The position numbers and the translations under genes were made by a program. Source: Alphaproteobacteria bacterium (GTDB taxonomy: Bacteria > Pseudomonadota > Alphaproteobacteria > Bin95). From it: a stretch of DNA of 64,000 bases. Shown piece by piece: positions 54,217 through 64,000 of the stretch. The DNA is taken from positions 1,280,001-1,344,000 of the forward strand of contig OZ219786.1 of the NCBI GenBank assembly GCA_964291285.2, read 5' to 3'. The notes below the pieces were generated by a model. It made no database searches, was not told the origin of the DNA, and worked only from the letters and a program-made list of their open reading frames with translations. How positions within the stretch are numbered: the stretch's first letter is position 1; each line of letters begins with the position of its first letter.

Positions 54217-54900
54217 TCAGCGGCCCATCGCGGCGCGTTCTTCGGCGAGCCGCTTGTCCTGCGCCATCGGGTCGTGCGCCATGATCTCGCCCTTGAACAC
54301 CCAGACCTTCACCCCGCAGGAGCCGTAGGTCGTGTTCGCGGTCGCTTCGCCATAGTCGATATCGGCCCGGAGCGTGTGCAGCGGCACCCGGCCCTCGCGA
54401 TACCATTCGGTGCGTGCGATCTCCGCGCCGCCGAGGCGCCCGCCCACATTGATGCGGATGCCGAGCGCGCCGAGGCGCATCGCCGACTGCACCGCCCGCT
54501 TCATCGCACGCCGGAACGCAACGCGGCGCTCGAGCTGCTGGGCGATATTGTCGGCCACCAGCCGCGCGTCGATCTCGGGCTTGCGGATTTCGACGATGTT
54601 GAGGTTGACATCGCTGTTGGTCATCTGCCCGAGCGTGGTACGCAGCCGCTCGATATCGGCGCCCTTCTTGCCGATCACCACACCCGGCCGGGCGGTGTGG
54701 ATGGTGACGCGCGCCTTCTTCGCCGGACGCTCGATGACGATCTTGGAGAGGCCGGCATTCTGGAGCCGTTTCTCCAGGAAGTCGCGGATCCTGAGGTCCT
54801 CATGCAGCAGGTCGCCATAGTCGCGGTCGGCATACCAGCGCGAGTTCCAGGTCCGGTTGATGCCGAGCCGGAGCCCGATCGGGTTGACTTTATGGCCCAT
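54217..54900 (-). CDS. rpsC: 30S ribosomal protein S3
   Basis: [32 protein letters not shown]. Confidence 0.97.
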   Translation of the reverse strand: MGHKVNPIGLRLGINRTWNSRWYADRDYGDLLHEDLRIRDFLEKRLQNAGLSKIVIERPAKKARVTIHTARPGVVIGKKGADIERLRTTLGQMTNSDVNLNIVEIRKPEIDARLVADNIAQQLERRVAFRRAMKRAVQSAMRLGALGIRINVGGRLGGAEIARTEWYREGRVPLHTLRADIDYGEATANTTYGSCGVKVWVFKGEIMAHDPMAQDKRLAEERAAMGR

Positions 54901-55352
54901 CACACACGCTCCTCGACCGCATCCCCGTCGTCGGCGACGACCACCTCATCCTCGTCGTCGAGGACAAGCAATTCGTCCTCGTCCGGCAGTTCCCGCACCA
55001 CAACGCGGAGATTGCTGAACGGCTTCTCCAGCCGCCCGACCCGGCCCCTGGCGCGGGGCCGCATCCGCTTCATCACGATCGTCCGCCCGACCGTCGCCTC
55101 GGCCACCACAAGCCGATCGATGTCGAGCTCGTGGTTGTTCTCCGCATTCGCGACCGCGGACTGCACGGCCTTGCGGACGTCCTCCGCCACGCGCTTCTTC
55201 GAGAAGGCGAGCGTATCGAGCGCCGCCTCGACGCTCAGGCCGCGAATGCTCTCGGCGACCAGATTCAGCTTGCGCGGGCTCGTGCGGATATATTTCACGT
55301 AAGCCAGCGCCTCATTCTCGGCCAGACGGGGTTCTGCCTTCGGTTTACCCAT
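54900..55352 (-). CDS. rplV: 50S ribosomal protein L22 with acidic C-terminal tail
   Basis: [25 protein letters not shown]. Confidence 0.95.
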   Translation of the reverse strand: MGKPKAEPRLAENEALAYVKYIRTSPRKLNLVAESIRGLSVEAALDTLAFSKKRVAEDVRKAVQSAVANAENNHELDIDRLVVAEATVGRTIVMKRMRPRARGRVGRLEKPFSNLRVVVRELPDEDELLVLDDEDEVVVADDGDAVEERV

Positions 55353-55356
55353 CGCC

Positions 55357-55635
55357 TCAGCCCCGCCTCGCCTTCTTGTCCGCCGCATGCCCGTAGAAGG
55401 TCCGGGTCGGCGCGAACTCGCCGAACTTGTGTCCGACCATATCCTCGGTAACCAGGACCGGCAGGAATTTCTGCCCGTTATGGACGCCGAAAGTGAGCCC
55501 GACGAATTGCGGCAGGATCGTGGACCGCCTCGACCAGGTGCGGATCACCTCCTTGCGGCCCGACCCGCGCACCGCCTCGGCTTTCCTGAGCAGATAGCCG
55601 TCCACGAAGGGGCCTTTCCAAACCGAACGCGACAT
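55357..55635 (-). CDS. rpsS: 30S ribosomal protein S19
   Basis: [21 protein letters not shown]. Confidence 0.97.
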   Translation of the reverse strand: MSRSVWKGPFVDGYLLRKAEAVRGSGRKEVIRTWSRRSTILPQFVGLTFGVHNGQKFLPVLVTEDMVGHKFGEFAPTRTFYGHAADKKARRG

Positions 55636-55639
55636 GGAT

Positions 55640-56479
55640 CTAGCCTCTCGTCTTGGCGCGGTGCCGGCTGCGCAGGATCATCTTGTCGGACGCTTTCTTC
55701 TTCCTCGTCCGCCGGCCTTTGGTCGGCTTGCCCCAAGGCGTCACGGGATGGCGCCCGCCCGAGGTCCTGCCCTCGCCGCCGCCATGAGGATGGTCCACGG
55801 GATTCATCACCACGCCGCGCACATGCGGGCGCCGGCCGAGCCAGCGGTTGCGCCCCGCCTTGGCAAGCGTCTGGTTGCCGTGGTCCGAGTTCGAGACCGC
55901 GCCGATGGACGCCATGCACTCATGCGGCACCATGCGGGTTTCGCCGGACTTGAAACGCAGCCGCGCCATGCCGGCATCGCGCCCAACAAGCTGCACATAG
56001 GTTCCGGCGGCGCGCGCTACCTGCCCGCCCTTGCCCGGCTTCAGCTCGACATTGTGAACGATGGTGCCAATCGGAATCCGGCGCAGCGGCATGGCGTTGC
56101 CGGGCTTCACATCCACCTCCCGGCCAGCGACCACCGTGTCGCCCGGCTGGAGGCGCTGCGGCGCCAGGATGTAGGACAACTCGCCGTCCTCATACCGGAT
56201 GAGCGCGATGAAGGCCGTGCGGTTGGGGTCGTATTCCAGCCGCTCCACCACCGCCGGCTGCTCCCATTTGCGCCGCCTGAAGTCGATCCGGCGGTATTTG
56301 CGCTTGTGGCCGCCGCCGCGCCAGAAGACGGTCGTGCGCCCCTGGTTGTTGCGCCCGCCCGTGCCGGTGAGCCCCTCTGTCAGCGCCTTGACCGGCTTGC
56401 CCTTGTGCAGCCCGCTGCGGTCCACCAGCACCAGCCCGCGGCGGCCCGGCGAAGTCGGCTTGTAGTGCTTGAGCGCCAT
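55640..56479 (-). CDS. rplB: 50S ribosomal protein L2
   Basis: [25 protein letters not shown]. Confidence 0.97.
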   Translation of the reverse strand: MALKHYKPTSPGRRGLVLVDRSGLHKGKPVKALTEGLTGTGGRNNQGRTTVFWRGGGHKRKYRRIDFRRRKWEQPAVVERLEYDPNRTAFIALIRYEDGELSYILAPQRLQPGDTVVAGREVDVKPGNAMPLRRIPIGTIVHNVELKPGKGGQVARAAGTYVQLVGRDAGMARLRFKSGETRMVPHECMASIGAVSNSDHGNQTLAKAGRNRWLGRRPHVRGVVMNPVDHPHGGGEGRTSGGRHPVTPWGKPTKGRRTRKKKASDKMILRSRHRAKTRG

Positions 56480-56483
56480 CGCC

Positions 56484-56816
56484 TCAGATCCCCGTGGTCA
56501 CATCGACCGAGTGACCCTCTTCGAGCGTCACCACCGCCTTTTTCCAGTCCGGACGCTTGCCCGCTATCCCCCGGAACCGTTTGGTCTTGCCCTTGACCCT
56601 CATCGTGTTGACCTTCTTCACCTTCACCGAGAACAGGCTCTCGACGGCCTGGAGAATTTCCGGCTTGGTGGCATCCATCGCCACACGGAAGGTGATCTGG
56701 TTGTGCTCGCCGATCAGGGTTGATTTCTCGGTGACGACCGGCGCCCTGATGACGGCGAGCATGCGCTCGCGTCCGATCCGGGGCGGAGGGCGCCCGATGG
56801 CGCGCGCGCGGCTCAT
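56484..56816 (-). CDS. rplW: 50S ribosomal protein L23
   Basis: [19 protein letters not shown]; start uncertain. Confidence 0.94.
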   Translation of the reverse strand: MSRARAIGRPPPRIGRERMLAVIRAPVVTEKSTLIGEHNQITFRVAMDATKPEILQAVESLFSVKVKKVNTMRVKGKTKRFRGIAGKRPDWKKAVVTLEEGHSVDVTTGI

Positions 56817-57433
56817 GACAGGCGCTCCTCAAGATGAGCGGCCGCCTCGCGCGTCAGTACCAGCACGTCGCGCCGCAGAATGTCATAGACATTGGCGCCC
56901 ACGCGCGGCAGCACGTCGATTCCGACGATGTTGGCCGCAGCCCGGCGGAAATTCTCGTCCACCGTCTCGCCGCCCACGATCAGCGCCGAATCGAGTTCCA
57001 TCTCCCGGAGCCGGTTCGCCAGATCGCGCGTGCGCCCGCTTTCCAGCGCGAGGTCCTCGACCACGATCAGCTTCCCGGCCTGCGTCTTCGACGCCAGCGC
57101 CGCGCGCAGCCCCGCGGCCCGGACCTTCTTCGGCAGCTTGTGGGCGTGGTCGCGGACCCGGGGCCCGTGGACGACGCCGCCGCCGCGGAAGATATTCGCC
57201 GTCGCCGCGCCGTGGCGGGCCCGTCCCGTGCCCTTCTGGCGGTATATCTTGGATTTGACGCGCGCGATCTCGCTGCGTTCCTTGACCTTGTGGTTGCCGC
57301 CGCGCTTCTTCGCGCGTTGCCAGTTCACCACGCGGGCCAGCAGGTCGCGGCGCACCTCGCCGCCGAACACGCCGTCGGCAAGCTCGATGCTGCCGGTTTC
57401 GCGGTTGTCCCAATCCTTGACCGGGAGCTGCAT
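56813..57433 (-). CDS. rplD: 50S ribosomal protein L4
   Basis: [20 protein letters not shown]. Confidence 0.96.
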   Translation of the reverse strand: MQLPVKDWDNRETGSIELADGVFGGEVRRDLLARVVNWQRAKKRGGNHKVKERSEIARVKSKIYRQKGTGRARHGAATANIFRGGGVVHGPRVRDHAHKLPKKVRAAGLRAALASKTQAGKLIVVEDLALESGRTRDLANRLREMELDSALIVGGETVDENFRRAAANIVGIDVLPRVGANVYDILRRDVLVLTREAAAHLEERLS

Positions 57434-57437
57434 CTTC

Positions 57438-58157
57438 CTACTCCCCGCTCTCGCCGGCCGGCATTTCGGCTTCCGCTTCTTCCGGCGCCTTGAGGCCGGC
57501 CGGGAACGGCGCGTCCTCAGGCAGCCTGCGCTTGCGCGCGTCGGACACCAGCACCCAGCCGCCCTTCGCGCCCGGCACCGCGCCCTTCACCATGATGAGG
57601 CCGCGCTCAACGTCGGTATCGACCACTTCCAGGTTCTGCACTGTGGCCCGCGCATCGCCCATATGGCCGGCCATCTTCTTGCCTTTCCAGACCTTGCCCG
57701 GATTCTGGCTGTTGCCGGTGGAACCGTGCGAGCGGTGCGAGATGGAGACGCCGTGCGACGCGCGGAGGCCGCGGAAATTGTGCCGCTTCATCGCCCCGGC
57801 GAAACCCTTGCCGATGCTCGTGCCCGAAACATCGACATGCTGGCCCTTCACGAAATGGTCGGCGGCAAGCTCCGCGCCCACCTCGACCAGCGCGTCTTCC
57901 GAAACCCGGAACTCGGCGAGACGCCTCGCCGGTTCGACCTTCGCCTTCGCGAAATGGCCGCGCATCGGACGGGTGACCCGCTTGGTACGCGCCATGCCGG
58001 CGCCGAGTTGCAGCGCCGTATAGCCGTCCGGCTCCTCGCGGCGCTGCGCGACCACGCGGCAGCGGTCGAGCGACAGCACCGTGACCGGCACATGCGCGCC
58101 CGTTTCCGCAAACATGCGCATCATGCCGAGCTTGCGGGCAATGACGCCGGTTCGCAT
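57438..58157 (-). CDS. rplC: 50S ribosomal protein L3
   Basis: [27 protein letters not shown]. Confidence 0.96.
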   Translation of the reverse strand: MRTGVIARKLGMMRMFAETGAHVPVTVLSLDRCRVVAQRREEPDGYTALQLGAGMARTKRVTRPMRGHFAKAKVEPARRLAEFRVSEDALVEVGAELAADHFVKGQHVDVSGTSIGKGFAGAMKRHNFRGLRASHGVSISHRSHGSTGNSQNPGKVWKGKKMAGHMGDARATVQNLEVVDTDVERGLIMVKGAVPGAKGGWVLVSDARKRRLPEDAPFPAGLKAPEEAEAEMPAGESGE

Positions 58158-58173
58158 CGACCCCGAGCCTCCC

Positions 58174-58482
58174 TCAGACCTTGATCTCGACATCGACGCC
58201 GGCCGCGAGATCGAGCTTCATCAGCGCGTCCACGGTCTGCGGCGTCGGATCGACGATATCGAGCACCCGGCGATGGGTGCGCATCTCGAACTGCTCGCGG
58301 CTCTTCTTGTCGATATGAGGGCCGCGCAGCACGGTGTAGCGCTGGATGCGCACGGGCAGCGGAATCGGCCCGCGCACCTGGGCGCCGGTGCGCTTCGCCG
58401 TACTCACGATCTCGCCGGTGGACTGGTCGAGAACCCGGTGGTCGAACGCCTTCAGGCGTATGCGGATATTCTGGTGATCCAT
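58174..58482 (-). CDS. rpsJ: 30S ribosomal protein S10
   Basis: [24 protein letters not shown]. Confidence 0.97.
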   Translation of the reverse strand: MDHQNIRIRLKAFDHRVLDQSTGEIVSTAKRTGAQVRGPIPLPVRIQRYTVLRGPHIDKKSREQFEMRTHRRVLDIVDPTPQTVDALMKLDLAAGVDVEIKV

Positions 58483-58526
58483 GGCACTCGGTCTCTCGTT
58501 CCGGCGTCCCGGCGGCTGGGCGTCGT

Positions 58527-59717
58527 TCAGTCGTCGATGGAGGCGACGACGCCGGCGCCGACGGTGCGTCCGCCCTCGCGGATCGCAAACCGCAACCCCT
58601 CGTCCATCGCTATCGGCGCAATCAGGTTCACCCCCATCGACACATTGTCCCCGGGAAGGACCATCTCAACTCCCTCAGGCAACTCTACCGTCCCCGTAAC
58701 GTCCGTCGTGCGGAAGTAAAACTGAGGACGGTAGTTCGAGAAAAACGGCGTGTGACGACCACCCTCGTCCTTCGTCAGAACATAGCACTCGCAGTGGAAC
58801 TTCGTGTGAGGACGGATCGAACCGGGGCGCGCCAATACCTGGCCGCGCTCCACCTCGTCACGCTTCGTGCCACGAAGCAGAACACCCACATTGTCACCCG
58901 CCTCGCCCTGGTCCAGAAGCTTCCGGAACATCTCGACGCCCGTGCAAACCGTCTTCGTCGTCTCCTTCAGGCCCACAATCTCAACATCGTCGCCCACCTT
59001 CACGATACCCTGCTCGACACGCCCCGTAACAACCGTCCCGCGTCCCGAGATCGAAAACACGTCCTCGATCGGCATCAGGAACGGGCGGTCCTTCGGGCGG
59101 TCCGGCTGCGGCACATACTCATCCACCGCCTCCATCAGGTCCAGAACCGACTGGCGACCCTGCGCAACGTCACCGTCCTCAAGCGCCGCCAAAGCCGAAC
59201 CCTTCACCACCGGAATGTCGTCGCCCGGAAAGTCGTAGCTCGACAAAAGCTCACGGACCTCCAACTCGACAAGCTCCAGAAGCTCCTCGTCGTCAACCTG
59301 GTCGACCTTGTTCATGTAAACAACAAGTGCCGGAACGCCGACCTGGCGCGCCAGAAGAATGTGCTCCCGCGTCTGCGGCATCGGGCCGTCCGCTGCGCTC
59401 ACAACGAGAATCGCGCCGTCCATCTGCGCAGCTCCCGTGATCATGTTCTTCACATAGTCCGCATGGCCCGGGCAATCCACATGCGCGTAGTGGCGCGACC
59501 CCGTCTCATACTCGACATGCGCCGTCGAGATCGTGATGCCCCGGGCCTTCTCCTCCGGAGCCTTGTCAATCTGGTCATACGCCGTGAACTCGGCGCCACC
59601 GGCCTCCGCCAGGATCTTCGTGATCGCCGCCGTCAGCGTCGTCTTGCCATGATCAACATGGCCGATCGTACCTATGTTGCAATGCGGCTTCGTGCGCTCA
59701 AATCGAGCCTTGCCCAT
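58527..59717 (-). CDS. tuf: elongation factor Tu
   Basis: [31 protein letters not shown]. Confidence 0.98.
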   Translation of the reverse strand: MGKARFERTKPHCNIGTIGHVDHGKTTLTAAITKILAEAGGAEFTAYDQIDKAPEEKARGITISTAHVEYETGSRHYAHVDCPGHADYVKNMITGAAQMDGAILVVSAADGPMPQTREHILLARQVGVPALVVYMNKVDQVDDEELLELVELEVRELLSSYDFPGDDIPVVKGSALAALEDGDVAQGRQSVLDLMEAVDEYVPQPDRPKDRPFLMPIEDVFSISGRGTVVTGRVEQGIVKVGDDVEIVGLKETTKTVCTGVEMFRKLLDQGEAGDNVGVLLRGTKRDEVERGQVLARPGSIRPHTKFHCECYVLTKDEGGRHTPFFSNYRPQFYFRTTDVTGTVELPEGVEMVLPGDNVSMGVNLIAPIAMDEGLRFAIREGGRTVGAGVVASIDD

Positions 59718-59746
59718 GATTCCCGTGCCCCTCTTTTTCCCTGCCG

Positions 59747-61822
<2,076 letters not shown>

Positions 61823-61846
61823 GGGAGGGTGCTCCGGCTCTGTCCG

Positions 61847-62317
61847 TTACCAGCGGTAGTGCGAGAAGGCCCGGTTGGCCTCGGCCATCCGGTGGGTGTC
61901 CTCGCGCTTCTTGACCGCCGCGCCGCGCTGGTTGATGGCGTCGATCAGCTCGCCGCTGAGCCGGTCGATCATGGTCTTTTCAGACCGCTTGCGCGCCACG
62001 TCGATCAACCAGCGGATCGCCAGCGCCTGCGCCCGGTCCGGGCGCACCTCGACCGGCACCTGGTAGGTGGCGCCGCCCACCCGCCGGGACCGTACTTCAA
62101 GATTAGGACGCACATTGTCGAGCGCGGCGTGGAAGACCTGCAGCGCATCGACGCCGGCGCGCCGCTCCGCCCTTTCCAGGGCCCCGTAAACGATGTGCTC
62201 GGCCGTGGACTTCTTGCCGTCCAGCATCAGGCAATTGACGAATTTGGAGATCACCGCATCCCCGTATCGCGGATCGGGGATCGGCTCGCGTTTTTCTGCT
62301 GCACGGCGGCGCGACAT
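61847..62317 (-). CDS. rpsG: 30S ribosomal protein S7
   Basis: [24 protein letters not shown]. Confidence 0.97.
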   Translation of the reverse strand: MSRRRAAEKREPIPDPRYGDAVISKFVNCLMLDGKKSTAEHIVYGALERAERRAGVDALQVFHAALDNVRPNLEVRSRRVGGATYQVPVEVRPDRAQALAIRWLIDVARKRSEKTMIDRLSGELIDAINQRGAAVKKREDTHRMAEANRAFSHYRW

Positions 62318-62332
62318 GGCTTCCGGTCCCCT

Positions 62333-62704
62333 CTACCTCGGACGCTTGGCGCCGTATTTCGACCGGCGCTGGCGACGGTCGGCGACCCCCTGCGTGTCCA
62401 GCGTGCCGCGAATGATATGGTAGCGCACACCCGGCAGGTCCTTCACGCGCCCGCCCCGGATCAGGACGACCGAGTGCTCCTGGAGGTTGTGGCCGACGCC
62501 CGGGATGTAGCTCGTTACCTCGAAGCCGTTGGTCAGGCGCACGCGCGCCACCTTGCGCAACGCCGAGTTAGGCTTTTTCGGCGTGGTCGTATAGACGCGC
62601 GTACAGACGCCGCGCTTCTGGGGACACGCCTCCAGCGCCGGCACCTTGTTGCGCGCCCTGGGCGCGGTCCGCGACTTGCGGATCAACTGGTTGATCGTCG
62701 GCAT
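62333..62704 (-). CDS. rpsL: 30S ribosomal protein S12
   Basis: [26 protein letters not shown]. Confidence 0.98.
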   Translation of the reverse strand: MPTINQLIRKSRTAPRARNKVPALEACPQKRGVCTRVYTTTPKKPNSALRKVARVRLTNGFEVTSYIPGVGHNLQEHSVVLIRGGRVKDLPGVRYHIIRGTLDTQGVADRRQRRSKYGAKRPR

Positions 62705-62922
62705 TGCGCCTCCTTGCACCGTCTGCCCCCGCCCGGAGAAGCGGCCTGCGGACCCCGCAGGACCGAAAGCGAACCGGCCGCCTCCGCGTGCCGCGCGCAG
62801 GCTCGCCTGAGCGTTGGGGTGTCCGGAAAATCGAACTCCGCTCGGCCCCAGACCGGCTCGGAGACGCGTCTAAACCCGCCGCAAGCGGGTTTACCGCCGC
62901 CTCCCCGAATAAGGCTGGCGGG

Positions 62923-62951
62923 CTTTTAACGGTGCGGCCGGAGGGCGTCAA
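62923..62951 (-). promoter_or_regulatory. sigma70-like promoter of the str operon
   Basis: TTGACG-N17-TAAAAG about 220 bp upstream of rpsL. Confidence 0.6.
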
Positions 62952-62998
62952 GCACCGAAAAGCGCCCGCCCGCCGGTTTTCGCACCGCCAGCCCTGCG

Positions 62999-64000
62999 TT
63001 ATTCCCCCGCAGGCAGTTGTTCCATTTCCAGCGCCTCGCTGCGCGCATTGCGCTCGGCCAGCGCCTGCCGGTCGCGTTCCGCCGCCAGGTTGCGCAGCCG
63101 CTTCATCACGCTGCCCGTGCCCGCCGGAATGAGGCGTCCGACGATCACGTTCTCCTTGAGGCCGATGAGGTCGTCCACCTTGCCGCTCACCGACGCCTCG
63201 GTGAGCACCCGCGTCGTCTCCTGGAACGAGGCGGCGGAAATCCACGACCGGGTATGGAGCGCGGCCTTGGTGATGCCCTGCAGCACCGGATCGGCTTTCG
63301 CGGGATCGCCGCCTTCCGCTTCGGTCCTGAGGTTTTCCTCTTCGAATTCGCCGCGGTCCACCTGCTCGCCGATCAGGAAGGTCGTGTCGCCGGGGTCGGC
63401 GATCTCGACCTTCTGGAGCATCTGGCGGACGATCACCTCGATGTGCTTGTCGTTAATCTTGACGCCCTGGAGCCGGTACACTTCCTGGATTTCATTGACC
63501 AGATAGTCGGCCAGCTTCTCGACGCCGAGCACATGCAGGATGTCGTGCGGCACGCGCTTGCCGTCGAGCAGCATGTCTCCGACCTGCACGGAATCCCCTT
63601 CGTTGACCGCGAGCGGCCGCCCCTTGGGGACCAGATGCTCCGTGGTCTTTTCCGGGTCCTCCATGGATCGGATGACGATCCGGCGCTTGGTCTTGTAGTC
63701 GCGTCCGAACTCGATCCGCCCGTCCATGTCCGCAAGCACGGCGAAGTCCTTGGGCTTGCGCGCCTCGAACAGTTCCGCCACCCGCGGCAGGCCGCCCGTG
63801 ATGTCGCGGGTCTTGGAGACCTCGCGCGGGATGCGCGCCAGCACGTCGCCGGGCTGCACGTTCTGGCCGTTGGCGACGGAAAGCACCGCATCCACCGACA
63901 TGAAGTAACGCGCCTCCAGGCCGTTATCGAGCTCGACCACCTCGCCTTCTGGGGTCCTGAGCGTGATACGGGGCTTCAGGTCCGTTCCGCGCGCCTGCTG
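62999..64000 (-). CDS. rpoC: RNA polymerase beta' subunit, 3' part (continues beyond the window)
   Basis: [48 protein letters not shown]. Confidence 0.97.
   Translation of the reverse strand, partial: QQARGTDLKPRITLRTPEGEVVELDNGLEARYFMSVDAVLSVANGQNVQPGDVLARIPREVSKTRDITGGLPRVAELFEARKPKDFAVLADMDGRIEFGRDYKTKRRIVIRSMEDPEKTTEHLVPKGRPLAVNEGDSVQVGDMLLDGKRVPHDILHVLGVEKLADYLVNEIQEVYRLQGVKINDKHIEVIVRQMLQKVEIADPGDTTFLIGEQVDRGEFEEENLRTEAEGGDPAKADPVLQGITKAALHTRSWISAASFQETTRVLTEASVSGKVDDLIGLKENVIVGRLIPAGTGSVMKRLRNLAAERDRQALAERNARSEALEMEQLPAGE

Overview
High-GC alphaproteobacterial (Rhodospirillales-like) chromosomal window. 1-13.5 kb is core housekeeping: FAD oxidoreductase, serC-serA-hisZ-purA, rpmB, proC, YbjN, pcm-tolC-popZ-valS. 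13.5-20.1 kb is an accessory hotspot with a GIY-YIG nuclease, an orphan SOS-box promoter and three nested IS elements. These are an IS110 recombinase whose bridge-RNA-like leader visibly matches its own end and its target, an IS1634 element that cuts that leader, and an IS1182-like element inserted in the IS1634 end. 20.2-31.5 kb holds a C-P lyase operon (phnGHIJKLM, a PhnZ-like HD protein, phnN) convergent with phnCDEE, each with a candidate Pho box. 31.6-35.3 kb holds a cupin, a rhodanese, a TauD/TfdA dioxygenase and a CoA-transferase. An IS3 follows, inserted in a non-coding CATGACA-repeat element that also occurs at 20 kb. 37-44.6 kb holds N-methylglutamate pathway genes (glxBCD/mgsABC, glnT/gmaS) flanked by a gamma-glutamyltransferase, a DMT transporter and a single-cysteine AMDase/racemase-fold protein. 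44.7-64 kb is the alpha, spc, S10 and str ribosomal clusters and the 3' part of rpoC. No CRISPR array, tRNA or rRNA was seen. All calls were made by eye from motifs and synteny; no searches were run.
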